A stretch of 64,000 nt of DNA from Raillietiella orientalis (taxonomy: Eukaryota), in assembly GCA_036172245.1 (NCBI GenBank), contig JAYWIR010000012.1, forward strand, positions 3,038,001-3,102,000, read 5' to 3'. Numbering within the stretch: position 1 is the stretch's first letter; every line of letters begins with the position of its first letter. Below are positions 39,765-51,529 of this stretch, in pieces. The translations under genes were made by a program, and so were the position numbers. The notes under the pieces are model-generated. The model had not been told where the DNA came from. It saw only the letters and a list, made by a program, of their open reading frames with translations, and did not search any database.

Positions 39765-39848
39765 CACCTCCGGGATTCGAACCCTCGACCGTCCCCCAGG
39801 AGGGAAAAACTCCCTGGAGAGGCTGCCCGCCACGTTGACCACGCCCGT
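39765..39848 (-). other. Degenerate tRNA-like sequence (pseudogene or SINE head)
   Basis: GTGGTCAACGTGG A-box-like and GGGTTCGAATCCC B-box, with an internal hairpin; no clean cloverleaf. Confidence 0.4.
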
Positions 39849-41549
39849 TGCATCGCTGAAGGGTCCGTTCGGGCAGGCTGGAGAAAGAGTCGCGTGGAGG
39901 AGGAGCGTCTCCCCCGCCTTTCCCGAGGATCCGCGCACGGCGCCTGCCGGCATCCAGGGGGAAGATGAACGTCCGTGCAGGAATTCGCCGCCGCCGCTGC
40001 CGCCGCCGCGCCGGCGAGTCTGCCTCGCGGGAGCCTGTGCGTCCTCATCCGGTCCGCGCGCTCCCCTCCCATTGCCTCTTCTCCCTCCCTCCCGAGACGG
40101 ACGCGCGCGCGCGCGCGGTCGGAGGAGATACCGACTCATCCGGCCTCAGCTGCCATCCACCAATGGATCGGAGCCGAGCGGACGGGAGGGAGGGAGGTTT
40201 TTTTCTCTTCTTCCTACAGACGCTGAAGAGGAATGCTGCAGATTCTCGTCTGCGTTGTATCCGAAGATGATCTCCCTCCCTCGAGTTGAAAGAGAGTTCT
40301 CTTCGACGCCGAGAACCTCCGAAGTCCTAACGCGCGCGCTTTCAGGAAACGGGTTGGTGGGGCGGGTGTCCGTTCTCGTCGCCGCAGGGCTCTTGCGGTT
40401 CGGGGTGGCCCATCATAGCCTCAGACACGACGACGAACCCAGCTGGGGATCCAGGTGACTGTTGCTGACGAGTGGGAGGGAGGGGGCTGGGGGAAGGAGG
40501 GTAGACGGGGGGAGGGGATGAGGAAAGGGAGGTCTTTGCGCGACTCTGCCCTCTTCCCACCAGCCCCACCACCCCTGAATACCTCCCCCCCTCGATTCCC
40601 AACAACCGAGGAGGAAGGGGAGAACGCCGCTTTCACCCGGGATCGTGGGAGGCGACGGTATCCGGATTGTGTCACAGATCCGATTTTCTTCCCGCCAGAA
40701 CGTTCGCTCGCGCTGCCCTCGCCTGGTGGCGGGAGTCTATGGAGGGCTTTCGCCCTCCCTCCCCTCAGCCAACTATCTGGATGCTTTCGCCGTGGCGTCA
40801 TCGGAAATTTTCCTGACGAGAAGCGACGCCTCCCTTCTCCCGGAATCTGTGTGAGTCCCTGAAAGATCGCGAGCGGCTGCTGCCTCGCACTGCAGCTTCC
40901 CCCAAAGATCTCCGCGTCGCTTCCCACGCGCGTGCAAAGGAAGGAAGACGAAGGAAGGGCGGGTGAGGAAGGGGATCCGTTCGCAGGGGGGCTTTTCGGA
41001 GGGGGGGCTTCTTCCTCTGCAAGCGTCCCTGGATCCTGGGCAAGCGAGGGGGAAGAATGGAGGGGAAGGGAACGGTAGCCACCTCCTCTGTCCTCCCTCG
41101 CCAGACGACGGATCGTCGGGCTGGGGCGCGCGAAGACTAGAGGAGGAGGGGGAGGGAGAACAGGAAATCCGAGATGCAGCCGCGGGTCGTCTGGGAAGAA
41201 AACGAGACTGGTTCCGGAAGAGATAATTAAATTACAGAAAGGAAGAAGCGTGATGCAGGGGGGCGCTCAGGCATGGGAGTCGAGCCGCGCCTCGGGGGCT
41301 GTAGGAAGAGGGTGGAGGAAGGAGGGAGAAGCAGCGCAGGTCGCTCCGAGGACGTCGCTGTCGGAACGACTAGAAGCCACGCGGCTTTCTTCCCCCCCTC
41401 CCTCCCCACTCTACGCTTGCGCCCCCCTCTCCCCCAGGGCACTACCACATGTCCTTTTCCGGTTGTTGCCCTTTGAGCCTCCAGAGGAGGACGTGTGGAG
41501 CTGCCGTGTTTGAGGAAGAGCGTTCAGTGACGTCCTCTCATCCCGCATG

Positions 41550-42490
41550 GAGCCAGGATTATCAGATTTGGAGCAGGCAAATTGATCGAAGTTGCTGGAG
41601 CTCGACGTGGGTCGTTCCTTACCGGAGGGGACTGTCCTTGTCGGAATCAGAACTAAGCAGGAGCGGAGAGACGGTGAATATGGGAATAAACAGAGAGTGG
41701 AATGGATCGACTCTGCGGTGCCCAGGATGACCTCCGAGGGACCGAATCGGACAAGGAAGGACCAGAAACAAGGTGGGGAAGGAGTGTCTGATCATCCTGC
41801 CAAATGGATCGAATGCTCTCACGATCCTCTCATTCCGGATTGGCGACCCATATTTCCACGTCCTTCTCAAGTCGGCAGCGGAGATCGCGGGACGAAGACC
41901 TCGCTCTTCCCCCGTTTCGAAGGGGTCATTACTGCCCGCCTGCATTGCAGAATCGCAGAAGAAGAGGCGACCGGGAAGCCTATTCAAGGAGGTCCTTCGG
42001 AGGCAGCATCGGGCTGGACTGTTGGGTGCACTCTCCCCGCTGAGGCGACCGGAGTGAACAACCTGGAAGGCCCCTCCGACAGTGATCCCCGAAACGCCAG
42101 CGGAGTGAACCAGAGGGGCGTGGCAAGCACTGCTCAAAAGAGGGAATGCCATCAGTAAGTTTCGGCCGCTCGTCTCCTCCCTCACCCAGAAGTTCGTGTC
42201 CTTTGATCCCGCCTTCCCCTTCTCCAGGCACACCGCCCGAACTAACTCGCTGCGGTTGGCTGCCGCTGCACGTTGGAGTTGATGGTCCGGGTCGCCAGTC
42301 AACCATCCTCCGAGGACTGATGGAGGAAGAGGGAGAAAAAGAAGGGTGGAGAAGGAGGAATTCAGGACAAGGAAGTAAAGGTGCGAGATCGTCTCGTGAT
42401 GCAGAAGCGTCCTGTCCGCCCGTGGTCTCGGGTCACTTCTCCTGGAGAGACCTGGGAGTGTGGACTCCCCGTGAGGGGATAGCGGATGGC
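41550..42490 (-). mobile_element. LINE ORF1/ORF2 junction and endonuclease relic; 42200-42490 has an inverted homolog at 47095-47370
   Basis: TINSN...NRSELVR (T.N.NG...KR..L), SAGVSGI (S.GVAI), RRVDPF (RID.F); DNA homology is clear. Confidence 0.55.
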
Positions 42491-44045
42491 GTCTCCGAGT
42501 CGTCGTACTTCCCCGTGGAGACGGAACTCCGGACGGCAAGAGACCTCAGCTGCCTCCAGCTCTGGAAGCTCCGTACCTATTGAACTCCCCGAGTAAGGTG
42601 GGAACAACACTGTGAACGACCCCATCCTCCCGAGACTCGACCCGTAGAATGGTTGCATCTGCTGTCCCCTTGGCAAAGCCACGCTTGCTGAGGAAACCCC
42701 CAATAGCTTCAGGAGGACCTCAGATTCAGCGAGCCTGCGAAGGACACTGGCCCCTTTAACACAGCACAGAAGAAACGCGGCCTACCCGTCAAGGATGGAG
42801 AATGCGTACGGGAAGCTGGCAATGGACTTCTGAGATCCATGCTCACCAGCTTCGGGATCGCACCTTCGAGATGTGGAATGCTGTCAACGAATGTGATGGC
42901 TGCCGAAGAGTTGAATGATGCCAATGAAAGTCAAGCCAAACCAGGGAAGAAGCATCAAGGATGCATCGTCCCACCTGCGAGCAGCAGGACTGGTGGGTTG
43001 CGACGGAACCAAACAAGACGTTTGGTTTGTTCCATTTGCTGCAAGGGGCAAATAGATGTAAGGGGAAGAAACGTGGTGGTATGAGGAGCACCGCCCACCC
43101 AAACGTCTTCAAGTCGCTCCGGGAAAAGCAACCGCTCGCGGGCTCCATCCATCCAGCTCCTGAGCTCCAGAGCACAGCTCCCGCTTCCAGGCGATGAAGG
43201 GAAGGAGCGAAAATAACAAGGTGTGCCCCCACACAAGGGAGCAGGGCGAGGAAGATGGTCAGAACTCGCGGCCGGTTGCTCCGGTTTGGACACGCCGCAG
43301 AGTCCTGAAGCCAGAGCAGCTGGCCTGGGGCTTCGTGCTTTTGGCGTTCCGCTTTCTGATAACAGTCATGAGGGCGAGGTGTTGAGTGTTACTTTTGGGC
43401 ACCGGAAATAATGACGATCATTTCTCATTGGTTGTTTGTTTGCAATGCGAGTTCAGGCCGACAGCTGCGCCTTTTAGCGATTGTCCTGGAGATGCGCTTC
43501 TATCGATGGCTAGGGGGTGATTGGTTATTAAAGGAGGGGATTCTTGGATATTTGGATTGGATTCATGGATAACAGTGCTTGGTATCTCTTGAGATGTGTG
43601 CTGATGGGAGTTTCTGAGAGAGCAGTTTATTGTTGGTTGCCCGAGACAACGGCCACACCTGCGAGCATCCTGATGAAGGATTACCGAGATCCTGGCAACC
43701 GCAGAAACGCTCAGATGAGGACGTGCTCGAGTTAGACACGTCTTCTCCGGCTGTCCCAACAGGAGGGTGCGCCAAGGATGGCTGGTCGATTGAAGGCTTG
43801 ATTTTCTCATCTCGAGATGCGGAGCGGAGCAGGAGCGAAGGTGGACCGCTGCGGCCCTCTGAAGGGTGAACAGGGAGGGAAAGAGCTCGTATGCATTTCC
43901 TCAGACAATCGCGTTCCCGCCTCGTCCGCCTCCTTACCTCACCCCACCTTAATGCTTCTGTCTTTGTCATAGGAGGAGCGGTGCCGCCGTGCCCACTTCG
44001 ATTTCCTTCTCACGCAACATCACAGAACGGCTCTCTCTTATTGAA

Positions 44046-44078
<33 letters not shown>

Positions 44079-44245
44079 AGACACGACCTGAGGAACTTTA
44101 CTAGGGATTCGGACCACTTATAAAAATAGATGCACGTGTTTCATGTGGCGCAGCGAAGATCTCTTCTTACGGAGAAGACTTCGGAAAGGGGTGAGGGAGA
44201 GTCCTCTGACTGTTGACCGCATGGAATCTGCTGGACGACGATTGC

Positions 44246-44464
44246 TCACTGCGTGTGATCCAGCGCAGACAGCTGCAATGGAGGCACTCGCAGAGACGCT
44301 GCTCTGCTCTGGTCTTGGGTCTTCCTCAGCGAGAAACGGGTCCACAGGCGGTGCTTGAGAAAGTTCCACAGGAACACGAACGGTAGGGGGAAAATGTTCA
44401 CGACAACAATGGAGTATCCAAAGATCACAGCCCACGTGGGAAAATCGGTCAGCTGCATCGCCCC
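44246..44464 (-). CDS. SLC6 exon 10 ([16 protein letters not shown]...DHTQ*)
   Basis: Acceptor tttttttccccag; TM12 P.W motif; TGA stop. Confidence 0.88.
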   Translation of the reverse strand, partial: GAMQLTDFPTWAVIFGYSIVVVNIFPLPFVFLWNFLKHRLWTRFSLRKTQDQSRAASLRVPPLQLSALDHTQ

Positions 44465-47400
44465 CTGGGGAAAAAAAGAAAACATGTGGAATTCGGAGCT
44501 TTGGACAGGGGATCCCTTGCGTGCGCTCCGCGTCCCTCACCTTCCTCACGTTCCAGGTCAGGTACTGGGGCGTCTTGATGCAGGTCATCACGATACTCGC
44601 GACGAATATGACCCCAATGAAGAAGGGACTCACGTACTTCCACAGCACGGACCAGAAGGAACTGATCTTTCGATCAGTCATGCTACAGAGGTCGTCCATG
44701 AACCTGGAGAGCGCGCCTCCTTCGACGGTTTTCCAGACACTCCCGGAGTCTCCCACCTCTGGCATCCGTAGATGTAGATCACCCCCACTATCTCGAAGAG
44801 GGCTATGAGGGTGAAGCCAGTCGTCCCTGCGAAGGAGTTCAGCAGGTCCACCCAGTATTGGCCCGACCTCGTCGTGAAAATCAGCCCCACGATGCAGGAG
44901 ACCAGGCAAACCGTCGCTGAAACAGGAACCGAGGGCCTTCATACGGACCGTTCAAACCCGGGAGAGCGCGGAAGATGGGAGGTGGGGGGTTAGGGGAGGG
45001 AGGAACTGTGCTGTCTGCGTACCGGAGAGTATCTCCTTGCGCACCTTCTTGGTGTGGAATGCGTCGAACATGTTGGTGACCACTCCCTCGACGATCCCGA
45101 ACTGCGATCCCAAGCCCAGCATCAGGAGCATCAGGAAGAAGATGACGGACCAGAATGAGGCTCCGGGGAGCTCCAGGATGGCTTGGGTGAAGACGATGAA
45201 TGCCAGCCCCGTTCCCTCAGCCGCCTGCACCAGGTGACACGAAAGAAACATGCCTGCGACACGCGCGCTCCCAGAGGACAAGCGCACGATCCCGTACCTC
45301 GTCCAGCTCGTGCTGCAAGCTGCAGTTGACCACATTCTGGGACATCTCCGGCGTACTAGTGTTCATCAGCAGCATGTTCCTAGAATGGAGAAACAGGAGG
45401 TAAAAACAACGAAACAGTGACATGAGGTGAGCGGGTTTTGTCCTATCTCGGTGGCGAGAACCCCCTCTCCGTTTCGACTTTGCATTGCAATTTCTGCTGC
45501 AACGACCACGTGACGGAAGCAGAGGGTCTCTGGGAGGGAGAAAGGAGGGCTGCACGTACCTTGCTTCGCAGATGCGGAAGTTGCTGACTGCCTTGAAGCC
45601 CAACACGGAGAACACGACGACCGACGTGTAGATGGAGGTGAACAGGTTAATGAGGGTGGTCACGACCGCGTCCTTCACGCAGTCGTTGTTGGTTGGGTTG
45701 TAGCTCGAGAAAGCTATGAGCGTGCCCATGGCCAGGCCCAGCGAAAAGAAAACCTGCGTGGCGGCGTCCATCCAGACCCTCGGGTCTTGCAGCCTGTCTA
45801 GCTGAATCACACGGCTACTAGACTTTTACCCGCGCGGGCAGGGCGGGGCTCACTTTCGGGGTGATCATGTGGGTCAGCCCCAGCGACGCTCCCTCGAGGG
45901 TCATCGCGCGGATGAAGAACACCGTCAGCACGACGTAGGGAAAGATGGCCGTCACGTACATGGCCTAGGGGTGTCCGATACGGGTCGTTCGCCCCAGCGC
46001 GTAGGAAGAAGCCACTCACCTTCCCGGAGGTCTTGATGCCTTTCATGATGCAGATGTAGACGAGGATCCAGGACCCCACCAGGGCGATCACGAGCCACCA
46101 CTTCATGTCGCCGGTGTCGTCGATGGACGTCGAGATGTCTGTCACCGTCCTGTACCAGTAGTACACGGTGAACGAAGCCGTCTCGCACTCCTGCACCGCA
46201 GTTCCGTTGCCTTCCGGGCAGTACGACCACGGAAGCTCCGTCTGGAAGACGAGCGCGCTCGCTGCTACCGGACGCGTCCTTTGCTACCGTGAAGGAGTTG
46301 AAGAGGTAGAACAGGCACCAGGCGATGACCATGTTGTAGTATAACCCCACCACGAAGCAGATGATGACACTGCAGATCCCGAGGCCTCCGAGGAAAGGAT
46401 GGATCTTCCTCCACACGCCCACTGGACCCTGCTTCAATTTTTGGCCGATGCCCATTTCGATCAGACTGATTGGAAGTCCTCCCAAAAAAAGGAGGATGAT
46501 GTATGGGATAAGGAAGGCTCCTGAGGAAAGGAGAGGGGAAAAGCAACGTCAGATGCGGCCTTTGGTCAGGAATGTTTTTTTTTTTCTTTGAATTATGGAA
46601 GGCGATGCCTTCCCAGCCAATGAGGCTGCGTCGGCTTCCCAAGATGGCGGGGGATCGAAAAACCACAAAAGCAAAGCCAAGCAAAGAGAGGGGGAATGCT
46701 GAGCGAATGCACGCACGCGGCAACGAGAGGGTAAGAGCTCAACCCCCGGTCCGTGTGTTCCTTCGTGGGCGTTTCGAGAGATGCCAACCCCCTTTCGCCG
46801 CCGAGGGGACCGAGGCAAAGGGGCCGGACGGCATGGTGAAGGCAGCCGAAGAACGGATGAGCGATTCCCTGACAGTTTCTGACCTTCTCTTCCCCTCCCC
46901 CCTCCCCCTCGTCCTCGCGCGCAACTCGACAGATGCGCGCCCTGCAGGAGTGCGGCCGAATCCAAGACCGGTTCTGAACTTCGGGAGAGGGGCAGCAGCC
47001 CACTCCAGCCGCGCCCCCATCCGTGCCAAGGAAGATGGGTCTCTCCTTCCCTTCCCTTTCCCCTTCCCGCGCCCCAGAGATGGCAACGCCCTGATCGCGA
47101 TCTCCTCGCGGGGAGTCCACACTCCCAGGTCTCTCTCGGAGGAGCGACCCGAGGTCACGGGCGTACAGGACGTTTCGGCATCGTGAGACGCTCCCGCACC
47201 TCTCTCCCTCGTGCTGAATTCCCCCTCTTCCCCCCTTCTTGCTCTCCCTCTTCCTTCATCGGTCCTCCGAGGACGGTCAACTGGCTACCCGGATCATCGA
47301 CGCCAATGTGCAGCGGCGGCTATCCGGGGCAGGTTAGTCCGTGCGGCGTGCCTGGAGGGGGGGAGTAGGAGGGCGACAGGGTCAAGGAGAGCGTCGGCAG

Positions 47401-49038
47401 CAGCCGCGAATTCCCTTCGTCCGTCTCCAAAGCGCTTCCTCGGCCACTTCCCTCTTCCGTGCCGTGCACTCCAGCCCGCTCCCGACATGCTCAGTGTGTG
47501 CGGAGCACCACCGCCAGGCAGGGAAGGACAGTAACGCGCCCGCACGCGCGCGCGAGAGAGCTCCGCGCCCTGACCGGACGGGCAATGAGTGCAGAGGATG
47601 CGGCAAGGTAACGTTCCGCAACAGGGGGGAAGAACAGAGGAGAGAGGGAGGGGTCGAACTAACGGGATTCCCGCTTCTTCCTGCCCGTGTTCCCGCTGCC
47701 GCTCGTTTTCCCGGGAAGGCAGAGACGCGCGCTTCCGTGCCGCCGTCTCTCCCTGCCTTCCCGCGGCAGCTCCGGGTGGTTCAGCGAGGGTCGTCGACGC
47801 GAGGGGCACGCTGGATCCGAGCGTTGGAGCGGCGACAGAGGGTCGCTGCCCTCCCCTTCCAGAGGGAAGAGAGTCTCGGACAGCGGATCTTTGGGAGCGC
47901 GCCGGAGGTCCTGAATGGAAGGTCCGCGAGGAGAGGGAGGTCCGACATTTCGCGGAACGGAGCCGCGGTACACCCCTGGGGTGTTCTGCAGCTAGGGGCG
48001 TGTTTTTTTTTTTTTTTTTTCTCTCCGCTGGTCCTCCTCTCGCCCACTCCGTCCTCTTTCCCTCTGGAGCGCGCGCCCGCCTTTTTTTTCTTTTTCCTCA
48101 CCCCCGAGCGCGTTCTTCGTCGAGGCGCGTGGTGCAGGAGCCGCTGCCACTTTTGACGCTCTCTGATGGCACGTGGCTGCTCGCCCCGTCGCATTCCATC
48201 GGGTTGTAAGGGAGGCTCTTTGGCGCGCAAACGCGGCTTCACGTGGCCGCTCCATCGATCGAACGGAGGTCCATTCTTCGCGGCGGCGGCGGCGGGTCAT
48301 GTGCATACGGATCTACGCTCTCGTGGAAAGGGAGGGTAAGGGGAAGGGGAGGGGGTAAGACGCGCGCGTGCGGTTCCTTTCCTCGGTTTTCCTCCTCCAG
48401 AAAAGAATTCCCGGCTCGGAATGGAAGGAAGGGGGGGCAGGCATTACCGTCACGAAAGGGATCGCGTCGGTATCTGTTGACCGATCTTTGACAACGCAAA
48501 TTTCGAGGTTGCACGTGAGCGGTCACGTAGGTGGCGCAAGGTCGCCCCCTGAACGCCCAAGGGACGGAAAGTGGTAGCTCTCCTCTCGGGTCGCAGGGCA
48601 GGTGTGACAAAGCTGCTCCGGGATTTTCGTGCGTGTGCACTCCCCTTCCCCGATCTGCACGCGCAGGTCCTTTTCCCTTCCTTTCCCCCCCCCCCCCTCC
48701 CCCATGCTATCCGAAGGCGGTGGGTAGGCGGAGGCCGACCCGCCTCCAGATGTCGCGACACTGTCATCGTGGACGGAAAGGGGGAGGAAGGTCGAAAACG
48801 AAGAGTGGATCTTACCGCCTCCATGCTGCTGGCACAGGTAGGGAAAGCGCCACACGTTGCCAAGACCAACGGCGAAGCTGGTGACCCCCATCAGGTACTG
48901 GATCTTGTTGTCCCAAAGAGCGCGCTTTGGTTTTTCGGATCCCGTAGCCTTTGAGATGGCCTTTTCAATGTCTTCTGCGCTGTCCGAAGACATCACTTTT
49001 CGGACATCTTCCGAATTCACGTAAGCCTCGCTGTTCAT
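44246..49038 (-). CDS. SLC6 (sodium:neurotransmitter symporter family) neutral amino-acid transporter, B0AT/SLC6A15-19-like; 10 coding exons, 618 aa
   Basis: Exons 49038-48816, 46520-46288, 46241-46020, 45964-45854, 45801-45560, 45379-45298, 45224-45023, 44916-44757, 44703-44541 and 44464-44246. All introns are GT-AG with consistent phases; total 1857 nt, ending in TGA. SLC6 motifs: [73 protein letters not shown]. The [13 protein letters not shown] segment fits the B0AT subgroup. The start ATG is the first plausible one; upstream exons are not excluded. Confidence 0.95.
44541..44703 (-). CDS. SLC6 exon 9 (FMDDL...WKYVSP...WNVRK)
   Basis: Acceptor ctctccag; donor GTGAGG. Confidence 0.92.
44757..44916 (-). 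CDS. SLC6 exon 8 ([21 protein letters not shown]...YGCQ)
   Basis: Acceptor tgtttcag; donor GTGGGA. Confidence 0.92.
45023..45224 (-). CDS. SLC6 exon 7 ([16 protein letters not shown]...KEILS)
   Basis: Acceptor gtgcag; donor GTACGC. Confidence 0.93.
45298..45379 (-). CDS. SLC6 exon 6 (NMLLMN...CSLQHELDE)
   Basis: Acceptor cattctag; donor GTACGG; restores frame. Confidence 0.85.
45560..45801 (-). CDS. SLC6 exon 5 ([22 protein letters not shown]...ICEA)
   Basis: Acceptor attcag; donor GTACGT. Confidence 0.93.
45854..45964 (-). CDS. SLC6 exon 4 ([13 protein letters not shown]...ITPK)
   Basis: Acceptor cccctag; donor GTGAGC. Confidence 0.93.
46020..46241 (-). CDS. SLC6 exon 3 (TELPWSYC...KGIKTSGK)
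   Basis: Acceptor tcttccag; donor GTGAGT. Confidence 0.93.
46288..46520 (-). CDS. SLC6 exon 2 (AFLIPY...[18 protein letters not shown])
   Basis: Acceptor ctttcctcag; donor GTAGCA. Confidence 0.93.
47095..47370 (+). mobile_element. LINE fragment in SLC6 intron 1, antisense to the gene
   Basis: GGGGAGTCCACACTCCCAGGTCTCTC...GTGCCTGGAG matches the reverse complement of 42200-42490. Confidence 0.75.
48816..49038 (-). CDS. SLC6 exon 1 (MNSEAYV...[17 protein letters not shown])
   Basis: TM1 signature; donor G|GTAAG, phase 1. Confidence 0.9.
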
Positions 49039-49711
49039 TCTCACGGGCGGCGGCAGCGGCGAACACGTGAATCCCCACCGTCCTTGCGAGCGACTGTAAA
49101 TTGCGGTGCCACGCGCATGGGTACACACGCCTTTGTACCCTACGCGACGCATGCGCCGTGACGCGAGCGGTACCCTCCTCGAGGCGACGTCTCTCCCCAA
49201 CCCTGTGGAGGAGACGCGGCCGGCGCATGCGAAGGAGAAGAGACTGTGCAGCATCTCCCCGCTTTGCTCCCTTCCTCCCTGACAGCTCCGGAAAGAAAAA
49301 AAAAAGGAGAGATGTGCCCGGAAGGCTGTCTTGCACCCACCCACCTGTTCCTGTTCTTCCCTCGAGGAGCTGCGGAAACGTTGAGGAGCCTCCGTAAGCT
49401 CTTTTTCTTCCTTGCCCTATTTGCCCGTATGGGAAAGAAAGAGAGGAAGGAGAGGCGCGCAGAGCGAAAGAGAAAGGGTAGAACCCCCCATTCGCCACCT
49501 CTGCTATGCTCTCCCAGAGAATCAAACGACCGCTCCACACACGGAAAGCTGTTGCAAAGAGGACTCCGTTGATGGAGAGGGATCTGCCGTCGCCAGATGC
49601 ACGGGTCAGGTCAGCATGCTGCGGGTGAAGATCGCCGGAAGCTAATTAAACGAATGCTCACACATTTGACAGTGAGCTACTCCCAAAATCCTCCTTACGT
49701 TTTTGCCTGTG

Positions 49712-49854
49712 GAAGCCCAACAGAACGGAGAACACGACGACCGACGTGTAGATGGAAGTGAATAGGTTGATGAGGGTGGTCACGACCGCGTCCTTCACGC
49801 AGTCGTTGTTCGTTCGGTTGTAGATCGAGAAAGCTATGAGCGTGCCCATGGCCA
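49712..49854 (-). pseudogene. Orphan partial copy of SLC6 exon 5 ([47 protein letters not shown])
   Basis: Aligns to 45595-45734 with 6 substitutions and a 3-nt insertion; lacks the splice sites of exon 5. Confidence 0.9.
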
Positions 49855-51529
49855 CTTTCCCCTGGGTCGTCCATGAACTCTCTCCATTCTTCTCCTCCTC
49901 CTCCTCCCTTCTTGCTCTCCCTCTTCCTCCATTCGTCCTTCTCCACTCTTCTCTCTCCTCTCTTTTCTTTCCTTCCTCCTCTTCCTCCTCTTTCTAACGG
50001 CAGCTTCTTTGAACCCGGTTCGAGAGAACGAGGTGGGGTGGAGGGGAGGCGGCAGGAAGGGCTGTACGCGCTCGTCGGCCGCCAGAGGCAGCGGCGCCGA
50101 CGCCACGGCCTCTCCTCCCTCCTTCCAGAGGAAGCAACCTTCTGCCAAAACCCATACGGAGCCAGGGAGAACAGGAAGATGGCGATCTGGATAACAGTTT
50201 CCTGTAGCAAGAGAGAAGAGCACAGGCGCGAGAGGAAGGAAAGAGGGAAAGAATCTTTTGGGAGGAGCTCCTAGCATGGGGCTGCGGGGCACTGATGGGC
50301 CAGAGGCGGCGGGACCCTCTCCACGTCGAGGCGTTGTGAGACCTCTAAGAGATGAAGAATAGCTGTCCAACTTGCAAGGTCAAAGAGAAGCGGCTCCCTA
50401 GGTCGATTTCGCCTCTGCCATTAGATGAACGAAGGAGAAAGAAGTGGAAAACGGAAACGGCCGATGCTCCGTGAGAACACCGGTTCGAAGAGGTCAGCAG
50501 TGCTCTCTCCTCCTGCCCAAACTCGCCACTGGAGAAGCGAAGAGGGAAAAGCGAGAGATGCGAGCTTTCTGCCCATTCGGGAGAGCTCCACGCTGGTGCA
50601 GCCGCCATCTCCAGAGAGGCAGATTTCGAGCCTGCACGGAAAAACGGGAAGAAAAGGATTCCCGAAACGCAGGGTAACGGGACGAACTCTGTCCCGAGGG
50701 AGCACACGGAGGCTACTGGGTGCTCCGTGGAAAACACACACACACAGACACACACGGGACGTTCCCAGGGGAATGGTTCCAGTAAGCATGCCACCATACC
50801 CGCGAGAGGCGCTGAGCTGTTGATGATCTTCAACCAGTCGCCATCAGATACGGTCACAGAAGAGTTCGATCGGCTGGAACGATCAAAGAAATGTCCTCTT
50901 TTCTTTTTTTTTTTTTTCTTTCTAAATGAAGAGCAGCGGTCTGATAAGGAAGGTGTCGGAGAGCGCGAACTATTTTTTATTGGCTCTTTGAGATCCTTGT
51001 GATGAAGCAAGGAGCGTCAGCCATTCATTCATCCACAGGCTCGTTTGCTGCGCAAGGCGGAGGCGGTGATCCCACGGCCTTGCTGGCAAGCTGGATCCTC
51101 CCGCCAATGGGGGAGAGAGACAAAAAAAACAAAACAAAATCAAAACTGTCACTTTTCATGGATCTCCCGAGGAGTCATCGAAAGCGAAGAATGCGCAGCC
51201 GTCCGTCGGGACCTTCTTTTTGTTCCTCTACTCCTCTTCGACTCTCAAGGGACGGACACCTCTCTGTTCTCTCACTGGTGGCACTGCGGACTCTCGGTCA
51301 TCCTGGATGAGCGCCAGACGCCTGCTAGGGAGGTGTCCAGTCTCCGGTGGTTGCTCCAGATGGGGAAGCCTCCTCGTTTTGTCGTCTCATCGTTGCCGTG
51401 GCAGCGACAGCATGGGAGCGGTTCGGGGACACGGTTGGAGGAGACCCGGGGAATGTGCCAGGAATACAGATTCCGGCAGAGGAGGTCCCTAGGAAGACCG
51501 ACAAGAAAGCAAAAACGGAGCTCGTCTCA

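Noticed and set aside
44047..44079. Adjacent poly-T/poly-A run downstream of the SLC6 stop
   Set aside because: Simple homopolymers; no canonical AATAAA could be assigned, so it is not called as a poly(A) site.
47341..48242. ORFs of 150-270 aa within SLC6 intron 1
   Set aside because: GC-rich, run through poly-T tracts, and encode no recognisable protein.
50138..50201. Exon-like segment on minus (ETVIQIAIFLFSLAPYGFWQK) with a good acceptor
   Set aside because: Weak donor (GTTGCT) and no clear homology; an upstream SLC6 exon cannot be supported without transcripts.
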